Assembly (NCBI GenBank): GCA_039191605.1
Contig: JBCCXL010000003.1
Location: 257,543 to 321,542, forward strand
Reading direction: 5' to 3'
DNA length: 64,000 nucleotides
Source of the DNA: Acidobacteriota bacterium
Lineage (GTDB): Bacteria > Acidobacteriota > Thermoanaerobaculia > Multivoradales > JAHZIX01
Every line of letters starts with the position of its first letter. Positions within the stretch are counted from its first letter, which is position 1. Under the pieces are notes generated by a model, which saw only the letters and a program-made list of their open reading frames with translations, did not search any database and was not told where the DNA came from. Positions 20,815 through 28,900 of the stretch are shown here, piece by piece. The translations under genes were made by a program, and so were the position numbers.

Positions 20815-22257
20815 GTGATGAAGCGTGGCTCGAGATCATTGTGGGCTGAGGTGAACGCCGAGCCCACGGTTCGGGTAGCTCAGCTCTGTGGCGAGATTCA
20901 ATCCCTGGTGCGCCAGGGGTTCTCCTCCCTTTGGGTCGCCGGAGAAGTGCAGAGAGTCCAGCGCAGCCAGCGCGGCCATCTCTACTTCGAGCTGGTGGAC
21001 AAAGGGCAGGGGGATCGGGTCACGGCGAAGATCGACGCGGTGATCTGGCGTTCCGATCTCGCGAAGGTGGAGCGAGAGCTGCGCCGCAGTGATCAGAAGC
21101 TGGCGCCGGGCGTGGAGCTGCGATGCCGCGGAGGGGTGGACTTCTGGCCTCCCGGAGGGCGCCTGCAGCTGGTGGTGCGGGAGGTGGACCCGGCTTTCTC
21201 TCTGGGCCAGCTGGAGCTGCGCCGTCGCCAGACCCTGGCGGCGCTGCAAAAAGCCGAGCTGCTGGATCGCAACTCGGCCCTGACGCTGCCCCCGGTGCCC
21301 CTCAGGGTGGGCATGGTGAGCTCCTACGAGAGCGCGGCGTACCACGATTTCCTCTCCTCGCTGCAGTCCATCGCCTACGGTTTCGAGGTCACCTTCGTGC
21401 ACGCTGCGATGCAGGGGGCCGAAGCCGAACGAGAGGTGGTGTCGGCGCTGCGCGCCCTCGCCGGGCTGCCGCTGGACGTGGTGGTGGTGGTGCGGGGCGG
21501 CGGCTCGCGCACCGACCTAGCGGCCTTCGATAGCCGAGCGATTTCAGAAGCCATCGCCCGCTTTCCGCTACCGGTGGTCACCGGCATCGGCCACGAGATC
21601 GATCAGAGCATCGCCGACCGAGTCGCCCATACCGCGGTGAAGACCCCCACCGGGGCGGCGGAGCTGCTCATCGACCGAGTGGCGGGAGCGGATCTCGCCC
21701 TCGAGCAGATACAGCAGCGCCTATTGATCGCCGCTCGGGATCCGTTGAGCCGCGGCAAGGAGCGCCTGCTTCAGGCGGAGCGCGGGATGCGTCGGGCTCA
21801 GCTGCGATTGGCCTCCGTGTCCGCCCGCCTCGAGGAGCATGGGCGACGGCTGGCGCGCCTCGGCGGCGAGAGCCTGAGGCGCGGCGGGAGTGAAGTCCAG
21901 CGAATCGCCCAGCGCCTCGGCGTGGCCTCGCCCCGTTTTCTGGGGCGTCGCCGCGAGCTGCCGGAGACCCTGATGCATCGGGTGGTGATCAGCGCGCGAG
22001 CGAGGCTGGCCCGGGCTCATGCGGAGGTCGATGGCCGAGCTCGGCTGTGTCGTGATCTCGACCCCCAGCGCACCCTAGAACGGGGCTTTTCCATCACCCG
22101 CAGCGTCGACGGACGGCTGCTGCGGGGAGAGGGAGATCTCGCCGTAGGGGATCAGCTAGTGACTCGTTTCGCCGCCGGCAGCTGGATCAGCCGAGTGGAG
22201 GCGGAGCAAGAGGATTTGAACGTCGAACCCCCTGAGCCTACCGTGGAGACGCCATGA
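20815..22257 (+). CDS. xseA: Exodeoxyribonuclease VII large subunit
   Basis: The N-terminal OB-fold region ...VAQLCGEIQSLVRQGFSSLWVAGEVQRVQRSQRGHLYFELVDKG...RVTAKIDAVIWRS... and the catalytic core ...VVVVRGGGSRTDLAAFD...PVVTGIGHEIDQSIAD... are present. Confidence 0.85.
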   Translation: MMKRGSRSLWAEVNAEPTVRVAQLCGEIQSLVRQGFSSLWVAGEVQRVQRSQRGHLYFELVDKGQGDRVTAKIDAVIWRSDLAKVERELRRSDQKLAPGVELRCRGGVDFWPPGGRLQLVVREVDPAFSLGQLELRRRQTLAALQKAELLDRNSALTLPPVPLRVGMVSSYESAAYHDFLSSLQSIAYGFEVTFVHAAMQGAEAEREVVSALRALAGLPLDVVVVVRGGGSRTDLAAFDSRAISEAIARFPLPVVTGIGHEIDQSIADRVAHTAVKTPTGAAELLIDRVAGADLALEQIQQRLLIAARDPLSRGKERLLQAERGMRRAQLRLASVSARLEEHGRRLARLGGESLRRGGSEVQRIAQRLGVASPRFLGRRRELPETLMHRVVISARARLARAHAEVDGRARLCRDLDPQRTLERGFSITRSVDGRLLRGEGDLAVGDQLVTRFAAGSWISRVEAEQEDLNVEPPEPTVETP

Positions 22258-22532
22258 GCACTGATCCGACTACTGGCCCGATCCCTGGCCCCGAGAGCGC
22301 ATCCCCCGTCGAGAGCCAGCTAGAGGGAGAGAAGCTCTCCTTTTCCGATGCCCTCCAGCAGCTGGAGGAGATTCTCGGCCGCATCGAAGACGAGCGCATC
22401 GATATCGACGAGCTGGCGACGGAGCTGCGGCGAGGAGCGGGTCTACTGGATCTTTGCCGGGGCAAGATCCGGCGGGCGGAGCTCGAAGTGACCCAAATCG
22501 TGCAGCGCCTGGAAGACAGCGACGAGGGTTGA
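22254..22532 (+). CDS. xseB: Exodeoxyribonuclease VII small subunit
   Basis: 92 aa, with an ATGA start/stop overlap with xseA. ...LSFSDALQQLEEILGRIEDERIDIDELATELRRGAGLLDLCRGKI... is the typical XseB helical hairpin. Confidence 0.8.
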   Translation: MSTDPTTGPIPGPESASPVESQLEGEKLSFSDALQQLEEILGRIEDERIDIDELATELRRGAGLLDLCRGKIRRAELEVTQIVQRLEDSDEG

Positions 22533-22552
22533 GAGCTGGGGCCTGGGGCTAG

Positions 22553-22609
22553 GATTTGAGACTAGGCCTGTGATTTGAGACTAGGCCTGTGATTTGGGCC
22601 TAAGCCTGG
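22553..22609. repeat. 19-bp tandem direct repeat (gatttgagactaggcctgt x2, plus one degenerate copy)
   Basis: Read directly. It lies about 20 bp after the xseB stop, at the beginning of a ~500-bp non-coding region. Confidence 0.8.
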
Positions 22610-23034
22610 GGGTTTGGAACCTGTGGCCGGGGCGCCCCACGGGGACATCTTGCCAACCATCAGCGCGCTGCCCGCTTAGCGGTTCTTATTTTCTTCACGG
22701 TAGCGTCGTGCTATTTTTGACGGTACTCATCTGCTCGCAGAGGGTCGCCTGAAGTTCTAGGGGACCCGCTTTTCAACCGAAGGCCCTGCAATAGGCTCTG
22801 CCGCCAGGAAGCATCGATTCCTCCAGGATCTGGACGGGCTGTTCTCTCTGGCAGCGCGGAGCGCGGCTGGAAGGGGGGCGCGTAAAGTCCGCTGAAACAA
22901 GACTTTCGCCACCAACATAGTGTGAACTAAAGGATCTTCCCTCAGCGAAGAATCCGGTAGTGCTCCCCCCTTCTGAAGACTCTGAAAAAAGAATACCTAA
23001 AGCCCCCGCGGCGGAAAATTTCTCACTACCTACG

Positions 23035-23730
23035 ATGATCCAGGAATTTGTCAACGCTCTGCTCGAGCCGCCAACGGTGCTCTTCACCTCCCTGCTGGTG
23101 GTGGTGGTGGTCTACTGGCTCACGGTGATTCTGGGCATTTTCGATCTGGACCTCTTCGACCTCGATCTCGACCTCGATGTCGGAGTGGACGGGGCGATGG
23201 AGGGGGTGGAAGGTGCGCTGGAGCTCGGCGATGCCCCCGAGATTGGAGATGCTGGCCCGACGGGAGTCGCCGGGCTGCTCACCGCCCTCGGTCTCGCGGG
23301 GGTTCCCCTCACCGTCACGCTTTCCTTCCTCATCGTCTTCTCCTGGTTCCTCACCTATCAGGGCATGCGGGTTCTGCCGCTGCTGGACCTCAGCGGCGGC
23401 TTGATTCGCTGGCTGCTGCTCCCGGTGGTCTCGGTGTTGGTCTCGCTGGGGCTGACGTCGGTGCTGGTTCGCCCGCTGCGGCCGGTGTTTCGCACCGTTC
23501 CGGCGGCCTCGAGGCAGGATTTCTCCGGCCGCTCGGCGACGGTGGTTTCCTCCCACGTCGACCGCGAGCAGGGACGAGCGGAGATCGACGATGGCGGCGC
23601 TGGGTTGCTGGTAGAGGCCCGGCTGGTGTCGGGAGCCCCGGCTCTCCGGGGGGACCAGGTGACGGTGGTGCGCTACGACAACGATCTTGACGTGTTCTTC
23701 ATCACTCGCCGGGACGAGAGCCTGCAATAG
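23035..23730 (+). CDS. YqiJ/NfeD-like inner-membrane protein (multi-TM N-terminal half, C-terminal OB-fold-like domain)
   Basis: The hydrophobic N-terminal half is ...LFTSLLVVVVVYWLTVILGIF... with further TM segments. The acidic (DL)n linker is DLDLFDLDLDLDVGVDG. The C-terminal beta-rich region ...GRAEIDDGGAGLLVEARLVSGAPALRGDQVTVVRYDNDLDVFFITR... is typical of the NfeD C-terminal domain. It is encoded immediately upstream of a flotillin gene, as in E. coli yqiJ-yqiK. The start is chosen at MIQEF (23035). Confidence 0.6.
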   Translation: MIQEFVNALLEPPTVLFTSLLVVVVVYWLTVILGIFDLDLFDLDLDLDVGVDGAMEGVEGALELGDAPEIGDAGPTGVAGLLTALGLAGVPLTVTLSFLIVFSWFLTYQGMRVLPLLDLSGGLIRWLLLPVVSVLVSLGLTSVLVRPLRPVFRTVPAASRQDFSGRSATVVSSHVDREQGRAEIDDGGAGLLVEARLVSGAPALRGDQVTVVRYDNDLDVFFITRRDESLQ

Positions 23731-23762
23731 GCTTCCTCGGCAGGTCCGGCGGAGCCGCCGCG

Positions 23763-23787
23763 CTGCACTGCACTGCACTGCACCGCA
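23763..23787. repeat. Pentanucleotide tandem repeat (ctgca)x4 plus a degenerate copy
   Basis: gctgcactgcactgcactgcaccgcacc, read directly. It lies upstream of the flotillin gene. Confidence 0.7.
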
Positions 23788-23835
23788 CCGTGGTGAGCTT
23801 CGTTCCCAGGGCCTCGACGACTAGGAAAGGATCCG

Positions 23836-25893
23836 ATGGTCACTCTTGGCATTATCGCCCTCGTGCTCTTCGGCATTTTCGTGCTGCTGGGTCTACTGGT
23901 TCTTGTCGCTCGCTTCTATAAGAAGGTGGAGCAAGGCAAGGCGCTGATCGTTAACAAGATGTCCGCCGAGCCGGAAGTCACCTTCACCGGGGCCGTCGTG
24001 TTGCCGGTGATCCACAAGGCGGAGGTGATGGATATCTCGGTGAAGACCATCGAGATCGATCGCCGCGGTCTCGACGGTCTGATCTGTCAGGACAACATCC
24101 GGGCGGACATCAAAGTCACCTTCTTCGTGCGGGTGAATAAGACCAAGGAAGACGTCATCAAGGTCGCGCAGGCCATCGGCTGTCAGCGAGCTTCAGATCC
24201 GGGGACCCTCGAGGTGCTCTTCAACGCCAAGTTCTCGGAAGCGCTGAAGACCGTCGGTAAGCAGCTCGACTTCGTCGACCTCTACACCAAGCGGGATGAG
24301 TTCCGGGATCAGATCATTCACGTCATCGGGCGTGACCTCAACGGCTACGTGCTGGAGGACGCGGCCATCGACTATCTCGAGCAGACCCCGCTGGAGAAGC
24401 TCGATCGGGACAACATCCTCGATGCCCAGGGCATTCGCAAGATCACCGAGCTGACGGCGATTCAGCACGTCGCCACCAACGATTTCCGCCGCGACGAAGA
24501 GAAGAAGATCAAGAAGCAGGACGTCGAGGCGCGGGAGACGATTCTCGCCCTGGAGCGTCAGCAGGCGGACGCCGAGGCGCGACAGCGCCGCGAGATCGAA
24601 ACCGTGAAGTCGCGGGAGGAAGCGGAGATCCTGCGAGTCGCGGCGGAGGAGCTGCAGAAATCAGAGACCGCTCGCCTGGACTCCCAGGAGCAGGTCGCGG
24701 TGCGCGAAGAGAATATGAAGCGCCAGGTGGAGGTCGCGGCGAAGAATCGCGAGCGGGTGGTGGCCATCGAGCAGGAGCGGGTGTTGAAAGACAGCTCCCT
24801 AGAGGCGATCAGCCGCGAGCGGGAGGTGGAGCTACAGCGCATCGCTAAAGAGAAGGAGCTCGAGAAGGAGCGTAAGGCCATCGCCGACGTGGTGCGGGAG
24901 CGCATCGCGGTGGACAAGACGGTGGCGGAAGAGGAAGAGGGCATCAAGCGCCTGCGGGTGATCGAGGAAGCGCGCCGCACCAAGGAGGCAGCGGTGCTGA
25001 TCGCTGAGGGCGCCGCGGAAGAAGCGCTGGTGAAGGACGTCAAGGCGGCGGAAGCGGCGGAAGCGGCGGCGAAGCACAAGGCTCGCGAGATGCAGGTGCT
25101 CGCCGACTCGGAGCTCGCGGTGGCGGACAAGGAAGCTCAGTCGAAGATTCGACTCGCCGACGGTACCCAGGCTGCCGCGGCCGCCGAGGGCTTGGCCAAG
25201 GTCAAGGTGAAGGAGGCGGACGCCGTCGCTACCGAGAAATACGGTCTAGCGGAGATTCGGGTGAAGGAGGCGGACGCCGCCGCCCTGCGCCAGGTCGGCA
25301 CCGCGGAGGCGGAAGTGGAGCGCGAGAAGGGGCTCGCCACCGCGTCGGCGCTGGAAGCCAAGCTGGAGGCGGAAGCCAAGGGCCTGCGCGAGAAGGCCGA
25401 TGCGATGGCCGCCCTGGATGAGGTCAGCCGCCAGCACGAGGAATATCGACTGCGACTGGAGACCGAGAAGGACATCGAGCTGCGCGCCATCGAGGCTCGC
25501 CGCCAGGTGGCCGAGGCGCAGGCAGAGATGCTCGCCACCGCGCTGTCCTCCGCGAATATCGATATCGTCGGCGGCGAGAGCATCTTTGTCGACCGCCTGA
25601 TGAGCTCGCTGTCCTCGGCCAAGTCCCTGGACGCCTTCATGGACCGCAGCGAGACCGCGAAGCTGGCTCTGAAGGATTACGTGGACGGCGGACGGAGCTT
25701 CGCCGGAGACGTGCGGGAGGTGCTGGCGCAGAGCGATCTCGGCTCCGAGGACCTCAAGAACCTCACCCTCGCGGGGCTCTTGTCCCGCCTTGCCCGAGGC
25801 AAGTCCGGCGAGCAGGCCGAGCGTCTCGGGGAGCTGGCAAAGTTGGTGAACGAGGCGGGACTCGGAAACCTGCGCGCTCGCCTGGACGATTGA
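23836..25893 (+). CDS. Flotillin family protein (SPFH/band-7 domain; YqiK-like) with long Ala/Glu/Lys-rich coiled-coil
   Basis: 685 aa. N-terminal TM, then the SPFH domain ...FYKKVEQGKALIVNKMSAEPEVTFTGAVVLPVIHKAEVMDISVKTIEIDRRGLDGLICQDNIRADIKVTFFVRV.... An extended EA-repeat coiled-coil follows, typical of bacterial flotillins. Confidence 0.85.
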   Translation: MVTLGIIALVLFGIFVLLGLLVLVARFYKKVEQGKALIVNKMSAEPEVTFTGAVVLPVIHKAEVMDISVKTIEIDRRGLDGLICQDNIRADIKVTFFVRVNKTKEDVIKVAQAIGCQRASDPGTLEVLFNAKFSEALKTVGKQLDFVDLYTKRDEFRDQIIHVIGRDLNGYVLEDAAIDYLEQTPLEKLDRDNILDAQGIRKITELTAIQHVATNDFRRDEEKKIKKQDVEARETILALERQQADAEARQRREIETVKSREEAEILRVAAEELQKSETARLDSQEQVAVREENMKRQVEVAAKNRERVVAIEQERVLKDSSLEAISREREVELQRIAKEKELEKERKAIADVVRERIAVDKTVAEEEEGIKRLRVIEEARRTKEAAVLIAEGAAEEALVKDVKAAEAAEAAAKHKAREMQVLADSELAVADKEAQSKIRLADGTQAAAAAEGLAKVKVKEADAVATEKYGLAEIRVKEADAAALRQVGTAEAEVEREKGLATASALEAKLEAEAKGLREKADAMAALDEVSRQHEEYRLRLETEKDIELRAIEARRQVAEAQAEMLATALSSANIDIVGGESIFVDRLMSSLSSAKSLDAFMDRSETAKLALKDYVDGGRSFAGDVREVLAQSDLGSEDLKNLTLAGLLSRLARGKSGEQAERLGELAKLVNEAGLGNLRARLDD

Positions 25894-25951
25894 GGGCTCG
25901 GCTCGATGACGATCCGCGATGCGTTCCTCCTCCGGTGATGAAGGATCGGTC

Positions 25952-28900
25952 ATGACGGACGATCCTAATCTCGCCCGAGACGGTGCTGCCGAGGAGGCTT
26001 CCGCTCAGGGGGCAGCGCCGGGGGATGGTGACGCCGCCCTGGAGCGCGGCACCTACGAGCTGCTTCGAGAGCGGCTTGAAGGGGCCGCGGCGGTGCTGCG
26101 GCAGCAGGCCCAGCAGCTCAACTCGGCTCGCCTCGAGACCTTCGGCTCCAGCGAGCTGACCCTCGCCGGCCAGAGCCGCATCCGCACCGAGCACAATTGC
26201 CGTCCGCGGGATATCGCTACCGTCGGGGAGCGGCTCATCGTCGGATACGAGGTGCATTTCGGCCTGCGGCGGGAGACCTCCGTCGGTCACGTCTTCAGCG
26301 TCCATCGCTTCGGCGCCGAGGAGGGGGCCGATGCGCCCCCTCATCTGGAGCCAGCCCGTCCGGGAGACGATGGATTCCTGCAGGATGAGCGCTTCGCCCG
26401 AGATTTCGAGGAGCTCTTCCGCTACTACAAAGACACCCGCCTGCTGCAGCTGCGCAACGTCGGCGATCGCCTCTTGGGGGTCTTCCAGGTGGGCACCCGC
26501 CTTTCAGACCTCAAGGTGTTTCGCTGGAGTCTGGATCCCGAGGGTGGCGTCAGCTACATCGACAATCGAGGCGAGCGGGACCATACCTTCGCCGCCGCCT
26601 ACGACTTCGAGTGGCAGGAGGTCAGTCGCGACAGCGTCGTGCCGGGCCGTCACCCGCACCTCTCCATCGAGGACGAGCTCTTCGTCGAGACCATCGGTGG
26701 GGATCTCACCATCAAGGTAGAGAACAACACCGAAGACGGGCTGGGGATCTATCAAGAGCCGGTCATCGACCCCGATCAGAGCCTGGATGACGCCGAGCTT
26801 CGCTACGCTCGGGTGGGATCATTGATCCTGCTCTCGGTGCTGCCCTATCGCGAGCCCCAGGCGCGCTATTTCGTCTACAACACCCGCAACCGCACGGTGC
26901 ACCGTATCGACGCCATCGGCCAATCCTGCCGGCAGCTGCCGGAGGACCACGGCCTGATCTTCCCCGGCGGCTACTACCTGACGGCGACGGATTCTCCCAA
27001 GACCTTCGATCTGCGCCTCGACGGCCTGGAGCTGAAGACTTCGGTGCGCTCCCCCAACGGGGAGGACGTGCTCTACATCTTCCACCAGCGCTCCGAGGGC
27101 CGCAGCGTGCTGCTGCCCTACAACCTGATCCGCAAGGCGGTGGCGACGCCCATCGAATGCTTCGGCTTCACTATTTTCGACGACGGTACGCTGGTGGTCT
27201 TCCGGGCGATCTCCGATGAGCCGTCGCGGGTGCATCCGCTGCAAATCTGGCGTACGCCCTTTGCCAAGGCCGAATTCTTCGAATCTCCCAGCGATGGCTC
27301 TCCGCTGCAGCGATTGGGCAACGCGGAGCTGGTGCGAGGGATCTCCGACGCGCTGTCCCTCGCCCAGCGGGTGATGGAGCAGGAGCCCTCGCGGCGGGTG
27401 TACGAAGATCTCATCGCCGCCGCCCGGCGGATGGAAGACGCCTACCACTGGCTGGGGGACGAAGCCTACGGTGGCCTCGGAGAGGCGGTCGCCGAGCTGG
27501 TGGTGCTGGCGGAGCAGGTGGTCGATGAATTTGAGAAGGTGGAGGCGCTGCGGGCGCGGGCTCACGACGAGGTCAACACCGCTGAGGCGGAGCTCGACGA
27601 GCTGCTGTCGGGCCTCGCGCCGAGCTCCATCGATCGGGTGGAGCCCTTTCTCGAGGCCCTCGCTCAGCTGCGCCGGGCCCGCGGGCATCTGATCACGCTG
27701 CGGGATCTGCGCTACGCTGACCTCGACCGCCTGGAGGCCCTAGAGCAGCGAGCTCAGGGGGCCTTCGACGAGGTCAGCGAGCACGCGGTGGCCTTCTTCG
27801 CCGAGCCGAAAGCCCTGGAGCCCTTCCGCCGTACCCTGGGAGAGCTGGAGAGCTCGGTGGAGGCGGTGAGCTCGCTACGGGAGATCGATCCGCTGGCCCA
27901 GCGGGTGGACGAGCAGGCCCAGGGGCTGGAGCTGCTGGCCCAGGTGACCTCCGGGCTAGAGAGCGACGACGCCACCGTGCGCACCCGCATCCTGGAAGGG
28001 GTGAGCGAGGTGCTGGGGCAGCTGAACCGGGTGCGGGCCATCGTAGACGCTCGTCGCCGCGAGGTCGGAGCGCGGGAGGCGCGGGCGGAATTCGGCGTGC
28101 AGTTCCAGCTTCTCGGCCAGTCCGCCGCCGGGGCTCTGGCGGTGGCGAGCACCCCCGAAGCCTGTGATGAACAGCTGGCCAAGGTGCTGCTGCAGCTGGA
28201 GGACCTGGAGGCGCGCTTCGGCGCCTACGACGACTTCCTGGAGCAGATCACCACCAAGCGCGACGATCTCTACGAGGCCTTCGCCAGCCGCAAGCAGCGA
28301 CTCCTGGACGAGCGTCAGCGGCGGGTGGAGCACCTCTTCGGCGCCGCCCAGCGGGTGCTGGAGGGTATGGAGCGAAGGGCCGAGAGCTTCGACGACGACG
28401 ACGACCTCAACGCCTTCTTCGCCTCCGACCCCCTCGCCGAGCGGCTGCGACGCCTCGGCGGTCAGCTTCGAGAGCTGGGGGCAGGAGTGCGGGCCGACGA
28501 GCTGGAGAGCCGGGTCAAGAGCGCGCGGCAGCAGGCCCGTCGGGGAATGCGGGATCGCCGCGACCTCTTTACCGCCGAGGGGGATCTCATCACCTTCGGC
28601 GCCCATCGCTTCACCGTCAACCAACAGGCTCTAGAGCCAACTCTGGTACCCCGCGGTGACGACCTGGTGCTGCATCTCACCAGCACGGAGTATTACGAGG
28701 CCCTCGAGGACGAGCGGGTACAGGCCGCCCATCAGCTTTGGGAGCAGAGCCTGCCCTCGGAGAGCGAGGAGGTTTACCGCGGGGAGTTCCTGGCCTATTC
28801 CGTGTGGGCGGATTCCTCGCTGCCGGATGATCAGCGCCCGTCTGGATTCCCCTCTCGCCGCGAGCTGGAGTCGGCCGTCGCCGAGGGGGTCGAGGGGCTC

